Positions 28,792 through 38,245 of a DNA stretch of 52,559 bases are shown one piece after another. The notes below the pieces were generated by a model. That model did no database searches. It had not been told where the DNA came from and saw only the letters and a program-made list of their open reading frames with translations. Source of the DNA: Sandaracinaceae bacterium (GTDB lineage Bacteria; Myxococcota_A; Polyangia; Polyangiales; Sandaracinaceae). The position numbers were made by a program, and so were the translations under genes. Every line of letters starts with the position of its first letter. The first letter of the stretch is position 1. The DNA is taken from assembly GCA_044220955.1 (NCBI GenBank), contig JBGAQA010000034.1:14446-67004 (forward strand), in the 5' to 3' direction.

Positions 28792-30126
28792 TCAATCACG
28801 GCGCGCCGGCGACGACGAGAGCTTGGCTGCCGCGTCGGCGAGGACCTTCGCCTTGAGCTCCGTCTCGTCCACCTCGCGCTCCGGGTCGCTCGCCTCGACG
28901 ATGCCCCCGCCCGCGAAGTAGGTGACCTCGCCGCGCGCGACCTGCGCCGTTCGGATGGCGACCGCGAGCGCGAGCGACCCGTCGCGCGCGACGTGTCCGA
29001 GCGCTCCGGTGTAGAAACCGCGAGGGAAGCGCTCGAGAGCCTCGATGCGCTCGATCGCCGCGAGCTTCGGCGCGCCCGTCACGCTCCCCGGCGGGAAGGT
29101 CGCTTCGAGCAGCGCCGCCCGCGATACCCCCTCGCGCAGGCGAGCCTCGACGATCGACACGAGGTGTGAGAGGCGCGCGTAGGGCTCGACCCGCATCGCG
29201 TCGCGCACGCGCACGGTGCCGGTCTGCGCGACGCGCCCGAGGTCGTTTCGCATGAGGTCCACGATCATCGCGTGCTCGGCGCGCTCCTTCTCGTCCGACA
29301 GGAGCAGGTCGCGCGCCTCGGCGTCCCCGCCGACCTCGCGGGGGCGTGTACCCTTGATCGGCCGCGTCTCGAGCGCGCGCGAGCCCGCGTCGAAGGACAG
29401 GAAGCGCTCCATGGTCCGCGCGACGAGGACCACGCCGCTCGAGGGTGGCCCCTCGAGGTAGAGGCCGAGCGGCACCGGGCTCGCCTCGCGCATGGCGAGC
29501 GCGAGGGCGAGCGGATCACCCGTGAGCGTGGCCGTGAAGCGGCGCGCGAGGTTCACCTGGTAGACGTCCCCTCGGGCGATGTCCTCGAGCGCGAGCTCGA
29601 TGGCGGCGCGATGGACCGCGGGCGGCTCGGCCGTGATCGGCCCCAGGGTGGCCGACGCCGCAGCCGGAGCCGCGTCGATCGCACCGGCGAGAGCGTCCAG
29701 CGTGGCCGGCTCTGCGCCGACGAGCCAGGCCTGCCGCGTCCCGTGGTCGAGGGCCAGCGTCGCCTCGTGCTCGAGCAGCCACGCGCCGGGCGCGTCCGCG
29801 GGTCGCGCGAGCCGTGCGGAGCGGCGGATCCCGATCGGCATCGACCACGCGAGGTCGTACGAGAGAGCGATCGTCGCGGCGGGGGCCCTCCGCACGGCCT
29901 CCGGCTCGTCGTCGCGCGCCGTCCGAGGGACTGCGTCGAGCGCGGCCGCCACCTCGCTCCACCCCCCGAGCGCGCGCGTGCGTCCGAGCCCGAGGTAGCT
30001 GTGGCGACCGAGCGGCTCGGACCCGTCGCCGTCGAGCCACGCGATGGAGCGCCCGCGCGCGCCCGCGAGCGCGCGAACGACGCGTGGCAGCCCGCCGGGA
30101 TCGAGATCCACGCGCCGGTACGCCAT
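28792..30126 (-). CDS. pabB: aminodeoxychorismate synthase component I (chorismate-binding family)
   Basis: GDVYQVNL, RPIKGT (PabB-type Lys), KERAEHAMIVDLMRNDLGRV, FPPGSVTGAPK. Confidence 0.85.
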   Translation of the reverse strand: MAYRRVDLDPGGLPRVVRALAGARGRSIAWLDGDGSEPLGRHSYLGLGRTRALGGWSEVAAALDAVPRTARDDEPEAVRRAPAATIALSYDLAWSMPIGIRRSARLARPADAPGAWLLEHEATLALDHGTRQAWLVGAEPATLDALAGAIDAAPAAASATLGPITAEPPAVHRAAIELALEDIARGDVYQVNLARRFTATLTGDPLALALAMREASPVPLGLYLEGPPSSGVVLVARTMERFLSFDAGSRALETRPIKGTRPREVGGDAEARDLLLSDEKERAEHAMIVDLMRNDLGRVAQTGTVRVRDAMRVEPYARLSHLVSIVEARLREGVSRAALLEATFPPGSVTGAPKLAAIERIEALERFPRGFYTGALGHVARDGSLALAVAIRTAQVARGEVTYFAGGGIVEASDPEREVDETELKAKVLADAAAKLSSSPARRD

Positions 30127-30172
30127 GGCCGAGCGCCTTTACTGCCCCGCGCCCGCGCAGTAAAGCGCGCGC

Positions 30173-31633
30173 GTGCACCGCTCGCTGCCCGTGCTCTCGG
30201 CGCTCTTGGCCCTGTCGTGCGGCAACACCGCACGCCCGGACTTCGTCGTCCACCTCGTCGACACCCAGCACGGCAACCCGTTCGCGCGCTGCGACAGCGG
30301 GATGGTCCGCGTCGACGTGCAGCAGGACACCAGCGCCCTCTTGACCTCGAACGCGAACATCACCGGGACCGGGATGATCTCGTCGCTCGCGGTCGAGATC
30401 CCGAGCTACGGGCTCACGACGCAGATCGGCGTCACCGTCACGTGCACCGGCCGCGACGGAGCGCTCACGTTGATCGGCGCGACGCCGCACTTCATCCCGG
30501 TCGGCTACGGCTTCGTGAACGTGGTGCTCGGCGAGCCACGGCACTGCGAGACCCTCTCCTCGCCGTCGCTCGCGCAGACGCGGGTCGGACCGCACCTGGT
30601 CAGGCTCCACGCGAACGTGATCGTGCTCGGAGGGCTCGAGGGGGCCGAAGGCGTGCCCTCGACGCACGTCCAGGCGCTCGATTCCGTCACGCTGACCACG
30701 AACGTCGCGGCCAGCCAGTTCGACGCGCTCGGCATCGGGATCGGCCTCGGTCATGCCGTGGTCCTCGACGCCACGCGCATGGTGTTCGCGTCGGACTCCC
30801 TCACGGGGATCTTCGACGCGTCGCCCACCGCCACCGCTCCTCTGACGACCCTCTCGCACAGCGGCGGGAGCGAAGCGGCGGTGGTCGAGCTGAGCGGCAA
30901 CGGAGTCGCGATCGTCGGCGGCGCCATCGGCGGGGACGCCACACCGCAGGTCACGTGGGTCCTGCCGAACGGCAGCACCGTGGAGACGCAGCTCCTCCAT
31001 CCGCGTCGCGCTCCGGGCGCAGCGCTCGTCGGCAACCGCCTGCTCGTCGTCGGTGGGCAGGCCCCCGGCGAGCCGCTCTTCGAGCTCGCACCGCTCATGG
31101 GCGACTCCGTGATCGCCTTCGGGCCGACGAGTGAGCAGCGCTACGGCGCGGTCGTGGTCTCCGATCGCACGCGCGCGCGCGTCTTCGTCGGGCTCGGCAC
31201 GGACGCGGCCGACGGCGGCGCGCCGATCGACTCGACCTGGGCGCTCTTCTCGTGTGCTGCCGCGGGGTGCAGCTTCGCTCCAGGGCCGACCCTCGCCGAC
31301 CCTCGGACGGGCGTGGCGGTCGTCCCGCACGTCGTGGGCGAGGTGGGCGGTGGCGAGGACTACGAGATCCTCCTGCTCGGGGGCGCCGACACGGCCGGCA
31401 CGGCGTCGATGCTCGTCGATCGGGTTCGCTTCGAGAGCGACGGAACGGTCTCGGTCGCGGCCGCCGGTGCGCCGCCCGCGGGCCTGCTCGACACACCGCG
31501 CACACACGCCGGCGCGACGGAGATCGGCGGCGGCGTCGTCTTGGTGGCCGGAGGGCGCGACGATCGCGGCGATGCGCTCCAGAGCCTCGAGGTCTGCTTC
31601 CCCGAGTACCTGCGGCCCGTCGGTCCCGAGTAG
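30173..31633 (+). CDS. Kelch-like beta-propeller lipoprotein
   Basis: Lipobox LALS-C; repeated hydrophobic-GG units (VIVLGG, AIVGG, LLVVGG, LLLGG, VLVAGG). Confidence 0.8.
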   Translation: MHRSLPVLSALLALSCGNTARPDFVVHLVDTQHGNPFARCDSGMVRVDVQQDTSALLTSNANITGTGMISSLAVEIPSYGLTTQIGVTVTCTGRDGALTLIGATPHFIPVGYGFVNVVLGEPRHCETLSSPSLAQTRVGPHLVRLHANVIVLGGLEGAEGVPSTHVQALDSVTLTTNVAASQFDALGIGIGLGHAVVLDATRMVFASDSLTGIFDASPTATAPLTTLSHSGGSEAAVVELSGNGVAIVGGAIGGDATPQVTWVLPNGSTVETQLLHPRRAPGAALVGNRLLVVGGQAPGEPLFELAPLMGDSVIAFGPTSEQRYGAVVVSDRTRARVFVGLGTDAADGGAPIDSTWALFSCAAAGCSFAPGPTLADPRTGVAVVPHVVGEVGGGEDYEILLLGGADTAGTASMLVDRVRFESDGTVSVAAAGAPPAGLLDTPRTHAGATEIGGGVVLVAGGRDDRGDALQSLEVCFPEYLRPVGPE

Positions 31634-31660
31634 CGGGGTCGCTCGGCGCGCGCGCCGCGG

Positions 31661-33247
31661 TCAGAGCCCCAGCTTGCGGCCGATGAACTCGATCGCGCGC
31701 TGCACGTTCTCGTCCGTCTCCGCGATCGCTCCGACGCGGCGGTGCGCGTTCATCACCGTCGTGTGGTCCTTGCCGCCGAAGCGCATGCCGATGTCGGGGT
31801 AGCTGAGCTTCAGCTTCTCGCGCGCGACGAACATCGCGACCATGCGCGGCAGCGCGATGGCGCGGTGGCGGCGCTCGCTCCGGAGGTCACGCAGGCCGAT
31901 GCCGAAGTATTCCGCGGCGGCGCGCTGCACGTCCTCGACGCTGACCTGCCGATCGCCCGCGAACGCGCGCTTCTCGGCGCCCAGCATCGCCTGGGCGAGC
32001 GCGAGGTCCACGGCGCGCTTCTCGAGCTCGGCCCGCACGACGAGTCGCAGCAGCGTGCCCTCGAGCTCGCGCACGTTGCTCTGCACCATCTGCGCGACGA
32101 AGAGCGCGACCTCGGGGGCGAGCTCGATGCTCTCCTGGATGGCCTTCTTCTGCAGGATCGCGATGCGCGTGTCGAGCTCGGGCGCCTGGATGTCGGCGAC
32201 GAGGCCCCACTGGAAGCGCGAGACGAGGCGCTCCTGCATCTCCACGATCTGCTGCGGGCTGATGTCGGAGGTCACGACGATCTGCTTGTCCGCGTGATAG
32301 AGCGCGTTGAACGTGTGGAAGAACTCTTCCTGCGTCTGCTCGCGGCCCGCGAGGAACTGGATGTCGTCGATCACGAGCACGTCGCAGCTCACGCGGTAGC
32401 GGGTGCGGAACTCGTCGATGCGCTTGTTCTGCAGCGCCCAGATGAACTCGTTGGTGAAGCGCTCGGCCGAGAGGAACAGGATCCGCGCGTCGGGCTTGTC
32501 CTGACGGATGCGGTGGCCGACCGCGTTCACGAGGTGCGTCTTGCCGAGGCCGACCTTGCTGTAGATGAAGAGCGGGTTGTACTTCTTGCCGGGGCTCGTC
32601 GCGGCGGCCTGCGCGGCCGCGTGCGCGAGCTGGTTGGACGTGCCGACGACGAAGTTGTCGAACTCGTAGCGCGGGTTCAGGCCGTAGGGGCCCTCGTCGC
32701 GGTGGCCGCCGCGCATGGTCGGCGGCGGCGTCGCGGGCAAGGGCGGGATCTCGCTGGCGGGGCGCGGCGCCTCGCCCTCGAGCGGCGGCGCCGCCTCGAT
32801 GGGCGTCTCGCTCGAGTCGAAGGGGAGCTCCATCGCGCGCGGGTTCGTGCGCGTGCGGGTGCGCAGCACGGCGCGGCGCGGAGCGGCGGCCGCAGCGCCG
32901 CTGGTCATGGCGGCAGGGGCGCAGGACGGCACGCGCGATCCCGGCGGACGCGAGGGGCTGCGCGCCTCGCTCGCGGGCGCTCCCACGCTGCCTGCGCTCG
33001 ACATCGACGCGTCGAGCGACCACTCGATCGACATCTCGGGATCACCGGACACGCCGCGCAGCGTCTCCACGATGTCCGCGAGATACGAGCGCGAGATCCA
33101 GTCGACGAAGAAGCGGCTCGGCGCGCGCAGACGCACGACGGAGCCATCGACACCGTCGAGCGCGAGCGGCGCGAGCCACGCCTCGTACGTGTGCTCCGAG
33201 ACCTTTTCACGAAGGCTCGAGAGCGTAGATTCCCACAGCGTCGTCAT
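31661..33247 (-). CDS. dnaA: chromosomal replication initiator
   Basis: Domain I (WLAPL), LNPRYEFDNFVVG.SN.LA, YNPLFIY..VGLGKTHL, IDDIQF, QEEFFHTFN, SNVRELEG, GGKDHTTV. Confidence 0.97.
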   Translation of the reverse strand: MTTLWESTLSSLREKVSEHTYEAWLAPLALDGVDGSVVRLRAPSRFFVDWISRSYLADIVETLRGVSGDPEMSIEWSLDASMSSAGSVGAPASEARSPSRPPGSRVPSCAPAAMTSGAAAAAPRRAVLRTRTRTNPRAMELPFDSSETPIEAAPPLEGEAPRPASEIPPLPATPPPTMRGGHRDEGPYGLNPRYEFDNFVVGTSNQLAHAAAQAAATSPGKKYNPLFIYSKVGLGKTHLVNAVGHRIRQDKPDARILFLSAERFTNEFIWALQNKRIDEFRTRYRVSCDVLVIDDIQFLAGREQTQEEFFHTFNALYHADKQIVVTSDISPQQIVEMQERLVSRFQWGLVADIQAPELDTRIAILQKKAIQESIELAPEVALFVAQMVQSNVRELEGTLLRLVVRAELEKRAVDLALAQAMLGAEKRAFAGDRQVSVEDVQRAAAEYFGIGLRDLRSERRHRAIALPRMVAMFVAREKLKLSYPDIGMRFGGKDHTTVMNAHRRVGAIAETDENVQRAIEFIGRKLGL

Positions 33248-33283
33248 CCCGGAAAACCTCGCCAAAACGCGCAGATGTGCCCG

Positions 33284-33303
33284 TGCTCCACAAGCTGTCC
33301 ACA
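33284..33303. promoter_or_regulatory. two DnaA-box-like 9-mers upstream of dnaA
   Basis: TGCTCCACA (33284-92) and CTGTCCACA (33295-303), each 2 mismatches from TTATCCACA. Confidence 0.5.
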
Positions 33304-33787
33304 GCTCGTGTCGCGCCCCCGATCGCCCTGTCCCTCTCTCCGCCGCCGCGCCGGGAATCCCGGTGAATGACGTCGAGACCTGACCCGGTCTCGCTGTGCG
33401 TCGTGAAAGGAAGGCGACGCTAGCAAAGCGATTCGCAGACGTCTACGGCTCGCGAGGATCAAGTTTGTAACCGAGCAAGATCTTGGAAGTTTCTCTCGCG
33501 CGATCCGAGCGCGCGACGCTCGGCGATCGCGCGTTCGCTTGGCACGAATCCGCAACTCGCGGAGATCACGCGTGATCACGCGTCGATCGGCCTCGGCTCG
33601 CGCTCGTGGCGCGGCGCGTCGATCGCGCGTGCACGCGTTGTCGAGTGATCTTGCGACCCTCGCGATCGAATCGCGGGATGACTTCATCGTCGCTCGGCGG
33701 TTTTCTGGCGGGCGAGGCGGCGTGCGGGTAGAGGACGAGGCTGTGCACGGCTCGGGCGACGGGTGGTGCTCACGGTGGGAGCGACGA

Positions 33788-34693
33788 ATGTTGGGACGAG
33801 CTCTGGGCATCCTGGTGCTTCTCGCGATCGGGAGCGTGAGCGCGAGCGTGAGCGCGCAGTCGGCCGACATCGTCCCGCCCGCGGAGGACTTCGACACGGC
33901 GCGCGGCATGGCGATGGGCTCGGGCGCGCGCGCGTCCGCGGCGTCGACGGCGGCGCTCGAGTACAACCCGGCCAACCTCGCGCTCTCGCGCATCTATCAC
34001 ATCGAGACGGCCGTCGGCTATCGACCGCAGGTCACGAACTTCAGCTTCGGCGGAGCGCTCGTCGACAGCTTCTCGTCGCCCGTCGCGATGGGCGTCTCCT
34101 ACCGCTACATCCTGGGCAACGGTCACGACGGACACGCGGGAATGGACGGCCGCATCGGCCTCGCGATCCCGATCGGCGAGGCCTTCTCGATCGGCGTGAG
34201 CGGGCGCTACGTGAGCTTCACGCGCGAGGGGCAGATGTCGGGCGACACGCGCGGTCCCTACGCCGAGGGCATCACGATGGACGCCGGCATCCGCGTCACG
34301 CCGCTGCCGGGCTTCCACATCGGCGCCGTCGGTCAGAACCTGATCGACTTCGGCTCGCCGCTCGTGCCTCGCCTCGTGGGTGGCGGCCTCTCGTACACGA
34401 TCGACTCGATGTTCACGATCGCGGTCGACGGCATGGCCGACCTCTCCACGTTCCACTACGCGGACGCCTCGCTGCGCCCCGAGGCGCTCTTCGGCCTCGG
34501 CCTCGAGCTCTTCACCGGCGAGGTGCCGATCCGCGCGGGCTACCAGTACGACACGGGCCGTGGCGTGCACTACGTGAGCGCGGGCCTCGGGTACGTGAAC
34601 GCGAGCTTCGCGATCGAGCTGAGCTACCGCCAGGCGCTCGTGAACCAGGACGGCAGCTGGCTGCTGCTCTCGTTCCGGTACTTCATCCACTAA
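33788..34693 (+). CDS. outer-membrane beta-barrel, FadL/PorV-like
   Basis: Signal peptide; ARGMAMG...AL.YNPA.L hatch motif; alternating beta strands; ends FRYFIH. Confidence 0.78.
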   Translation: MLGRALGILVLLAIGSVSASVSAQSADIVPPAEDFDTARGMAMGSGARASAASTAALEYNPANLALSRIYHIETAVGYRPQVTNFSFGGALVDSFSSPVAMGVSYRYILGNGHDGHAGMDGRIGLAIPIGEAFSIGVSGRYVSFTREGQMSGDTRGPYAEGITMDAGIRVTPLPGFHIGAVGQNLIDFGSPLVPRLVGGGLSYTIDSMFTIAVDGMADLSTFHYADASLRPEALFGLGLELFTGEVPIRAGYQYDTGRGVHYVSAGLGYVNASFAIELSYRQALVNQDGSWLLLSFRYFIH

Positions 34694-34841
34694 TCGTGTC
34701 GCGAGCGATGGGCGGATCCGCCGCGCCCCCTCGCTCGATCGCGCGGGTCGCGGCGCCGAGGCGCTGACCGGCGCGGAACCGACGCGCGGCGTCGCGCGCG
34801 TCTCGGGGATGCGGCGAGCGCGCAGCGTGGTTGGAGGGATG

Positions 34842-34859
34842 TGGAGTGACCCCGCTCAG
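34842..34859 (-). repeat. stop-codon-anchored 18-bp repeat, copy 2
   Basis: The reverse complement equals 27675..27692 and includes the TGA of the large TPR gene. Confidence 0.75.
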
Positions 34860-37800
34860 GGGGTCTCGCTCGTGCCGCGGCGCAGGCCCGGCAGGGGCGC
34901 GGGCATCGGGAGCGCGGCGCCCTCGTCGAGGTCGGCGCCGACCTCGCGCAGCGGCGGGAACTCGACGTCGTTGAGGCGCGTGAGGCCCTCGTGGAGCTGC
35001 GCGGTCCACGTGTTGAAGATGTGCAGGTCGATCGCGGTCTGGTAGCCGCCCTGGTAGGCCTCGAGCGCCTGCTCCTCGATCGGGACGATGAAGGTGCCGA
35101 GCTGGTCGCGGTAGGCCTGGTCCTCTTCCTCGCTGAGGCCCGGGGGGATCGGGAAGTCGCGCAGCTGCGTGGCGAAGAGCTCGTAGCTGCGGCCGATCTG
35201 GAAGAGCGCGGCCGTGACCCACTCGGCGACGTGGAACGAGACGACGTCGGCGAAGGCCTCCGACGCGTCGCGGAGCAGGCGGCTCTTCTGCTGGAGGCGA
35301 TCGGAGAGGCCCTCGACGTCGCCGGCGATCTGCACGGCCTCGAAGCGCGCGAGGATCGCCTCGCCCTGGAGGTAGCGCGCCTGCGCCAGGAAGTAGTGGC
35401 CCGTCGCCGTGAGACGCCGCAGCGAGGCGCGGCCGCCGCGGACGGCCTGCTGGAGCGCGCGGTCGGCGCCCTCGCGATCGCCGGCCTGGATGAGCACCAT
35501 CGCGAGGCGCGTCTGCGCCTCGACGTCGCGGTCGGGGTTGCGGCTCGCGCGCGCGTAGTCGGTGTAGATGCGCGCAGCGTCCTGCCAGCGGTGCGCGCCC
35601 TCGTGCGCTCGCGCCTGCATGAACGTCACCTCGCCCGCCGACTCGTGCGAGGGGAAGCGCTGGAGGAACTGTGTCGCCGCGGCGACGGCCGCGTCCCAGT
35701 CCTCGGCCGCGAGGCGCAGCACCACGGCGTTGTAGAGCGCGTCCGCGCCGTGCTCGCCGTCCGGGAAGCGCGTGCCGTAGGCCTCGTAGAAGCGCGCCGC
35801 GTCGCGGAATTGCGCGATCGACTCGTACATCTGCGCGGCGTTCCACGCGCCGAGCGCGCCCTCGCTCGTGCCGGGGTAGCGGTCGACGAGGTGGTCGTAG
35901 ACGCCGCTCGCGCCGGGCAGGTCGCCGGCGTGCTGCAGCTCGAGGCCCGCGTTGTAGAGCGCCTGCCGCGCGCGCGGGTCGTTCGGGAATTCTTCGGCCG
36001 CGTGCTGGTACGCCGCGGCGGCGCCGTGGTGGTCGTTCTGGCAGGCGAGCTGCTCACCGCGCGCGAAGGCGGCCTGCAGGATCAGCGTGTCGAGGCGCTG
36101 CTGCGACTCGGCGGTCTGAAACGCGGGCGCGTTCTTCAGGCGGCGCGCCCACGTCTCGATGTTGCCGAAGTCGGCGGCGCGGTTGAACGAGTCGAGGATG
36201 AGCTCGCCCGCGTCGTGCGCGTACTCGCTCTGCGGATAGCGCTCGAGGAGCTGGCCGAAGAGGCGCACGGCCGGGTCGTAGATGCCGCGGTCGTAGTAGA
36301 GGTGCCCCTGCCGGAAGAGGATCTCGGGGATGTCCGGGTCGTTGGGGAAGTACTGGACGTAGAGCTCGATCGCCTCGGAGAAGTGGCGGTCGTTGTCGGT
36401 CTCCGCGCAGGGGTCCTCGGCTGCGGGAGTCGCCTCCGCATCGGACGAGGCCGGCGTCGAGGCCGTGGTCGGGGTCGAGGCCGAGGTCGAGGTCGGGGTC
36501 GGGGTCGCCGCGCACGTCACCGTGTGCGTGGCCGTCGACGACGCGGGCGTCGTGGGATGCGCGGGCGGTGGCGCCGGCGTGCTCGTTCCGCGCGCCGCTG
36601 CGCACGCGGCGAGCTGGCCCTCGCGCACGTGCTCGAAGGCGCCGATGGCGTTGTAGAGCGAGTCGCGCGTGTACTGGCCCTGGGGTGAGAGGCGCGCGGC
36701 CGCGAGGTACTCGGCGCCGGCCTCCGGGTACTGCTCGAGCCGGTGGAAGAGGATCTCCGCCCGGAAGAAGTGCAGGTCGTAGCTGTGCTCGCCGTCCGGG
36801 AAGTGCGCGAGGTAGAGCGCGTATCCGTCCGACGCCTGCTGGAAGCGCGAGACGAGGTCGTTGCGCTGCCCCAGCTCGTGCCAGCGCATCGCGCGCACGC
36901 GGATCGCCCGCTCGATGCGCGCCGCGGCGTCGGCGACGACATCGGGGTCGGTCTGCTGCGAGGCCCAGGGCCCACCCGGCAGGTAGTTGTCCGCGAGCGC
37001 CGTGAGGGCCTCCAGCGTGTGCGGGCCGTCGTCGACCGCGGCGTAGCCGGCGGCGATCTGCTGCTGCCAGGTCGGGGCGCGCGCGTCGGCCGGGCTCATC
37101 TCGAGCAGCAGCTCGTAGGCCTGGATGCCGAAGTCGTAGCGCGCCTGGTCCATGTACGTGAGCGCGAGGCGCGTGAGCACGCGCTCGGCGTACTGCTCGC
37201 CGCCGATCTCCTGCAGGAACCGGAACACGTCGCGCGGCGTGTTCGACTCGTCCTCGGTGAAGACCTGGATGAGGTAGTCGAGCGCCTCGCTCTGCAGGTC
37301 GCGCAGGCGCCGGCGCTGCGCCGAGCTCAGGTGCCCGCGGTCGCGGCCGAGGTCGAGGACCTGGCGGAAGCGGAGCGCGGCGTTCTGGGTCTGGCCCATG
37401 CGCCAGAGGCACCACGCGCTCTTGAAGAGCGCCATGTCGTAGAGCTCGGAGTCGCGGTACTGCATGACCGCCTCGAACTCGGGGAGCGCCGCCTCGTAGG
37501 CCATGTTGGCGAAGTCCGACTCGGCCAGCGCCATGTGCGCGTCGGGCACGAAGCGGCTCTGGGGGAACTCGCGCAGGATCTGGCGGTAGAGCTCGAGCGC
37601 GCCCGGGAGGTCGTCCGTCTCCGTGAGCGCGTACGCCTTCATGTAGATCACGAAGTCGTAGCGGTCGTAGCCGCGGTGCTGCGTGAGGATGCGGTCGTAG
37701 AGCGCGATCGCCGGGCCGTAGTCCACCATCGGCTCGGCGCCGCGGTTCTCGGGCGGGACCTGCTGCCACGCGGCGTAGGCCGTGAGGTAGTCCGAGCGGG

Positions 37801-38245
37801 CGAGCTCCCAGCGCAGCTCGGCGAGGCGCAGGAGCGCGTCCGGCATCTCCGCGGCCGTCTCGGGCTCCTCGCGCACGAACTCCTCGAGCAGCTGGATGGC
37901 CTGTGTGCGGCGCTCGACGACGAGGCCCTCGCGCTCGTGCAGCAGGCGCGTGATCTCCTCGTCCTGCCACTCGTGCGCCGCCTCGCCGATCGCATCCGGG
38001 CGCTCGCGCAGGTAGAGGGTGTCCTCGAGGCTCTCGGTCGTGTCCTCGTCGTCGGTCTGCCGCGCGCGCTGGCTCGTCGTGGTGTCGAGCTCGGGCTCGG
38101 TCGTGATCGTGCGCTCCTCGGTCGGCTCCTGGAAGCCGACGGGCGAGGTGGGCGAGGCGCCTGGGCGCTCGCGTCGCTGCGCGGAGACGGGCGTCGCGGG
38201 AAGTGCCAGCGCGACGATCACGGCCACGACGCGACGCAGCCTCAC
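34856..38245 (-). CDS. large periplasmic TPR protein, GltD/AgmU-like
   Basis: Signal peptide, many TPRs, C-terminus W..AAL..IG..Y...PIPPGLSEEE..AYRDQL...PIEEQA as in GltD-type proteins. Confidence 0.85.
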   Translation of the reverse strand: MRLRRVVAVIVALALPATPVSAQRRERPGASPTSPVGFQEPTEERTITTEPELDTTTSQRARQTDDEDTTESLEDTLYLRERPDAIGEAAHEWQDEEITRLLHEREGLVVERRTQAIQLLEEFVREEPETAAEMPDALLRLAELRWELARSDYLTAYAAWQQVPPENRGAEPMVDYGPAIALYDRILTQHRGYDRYDFVIYMKAYALTETDDLPGALELYRQILREFPQSRFVPDAHMALAESDFANMAYEAALPEFEAVMQYRDSELYDMALFKSAWCLWRMGQTQNAALRFRQVLDLGRDRGHLSSAQRRRLRDLQSEALDYLIQVFTEDESNTPRDVFRFLQEIGGEQYAERVLTRLALTYMDQARYDFGIQAYELLLEMSPADARAPTWQQQIAAGYAAVDDGPHTLEALTALADNYLPGGPWASQQTDPDVVADAAARIERAIRVRAMRWHELGQRNDLVSRFQQASDGYALYLAHFPDGEHSYDLHFFRAEILFHRLEQYPEAGAEYLAAARLSPQGQYTRDSLYNAIGAFEHVREGQLAACAAARGTSTPAPPPAHPTTPASSTATHTVTCAATPTPTSTSASTPTTASTPASSDAEATPAAEDPCAETDNDRHFSEAIELYVQYFPNDPDIPEILFRQGHLYYDRGIYDPAVRLFGQLLERYPQSEYAHDAGELILDSFNRAADFGNIETWARRLKNAPAFQTAESQQRLDTLILQAAFARGEQLACQNDHHGAAAAYQHAAEEFPNDPRARQALYNAGLELQHAGDLPGASGVYDHLVDRYPGTSEGALGAWNAAQMYESIAQFRDAARFYEAYGTRFPDGEHGADALYNAVVLRLAAEDWDAAVAAATQFLQRFPSHESAGEVTFMQARAHEGAHRWQDAARIYTDYARASRNPDRDVEAQTRLAMVLIQAGDREGADRALQQAVRGGRASLRRLTATGHYFLAQARYLQGEAILARFEAVQIAGDVEGLSDRLQQKSRLLRDASEAFADVVSFHVAEWVTAALFQIGRSYELFATQLRDFPIPPGLSEEEDQAYRDQLGTFIVPIEEQALEAYQGGYQTAIDLHIFNTWTAQLHEGLTRLNDVEFPPLREVGADLDEGAALPMPAPLPGLRRGTSETP

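Noticed and set aside
28792..30126. trpE assignment, or novelty of an orphan pabB
   Set aside because: PIKGT favours PabB, and dispersed pab genes are common.
33395..33435. c-di-GMP-I riboswitch-like words (GAAAG...GACGC...AAAGC)
   Set aside because: Spacing is wrong and the upstream GGCAAAC and second stem are not evident. An Rfam scan would settle it.
33539..33555. sigma54 promoter TTGGCACGAATCCGC
   Set aside because: GG-to-GC spacing is 9 nt rather than the required 10.
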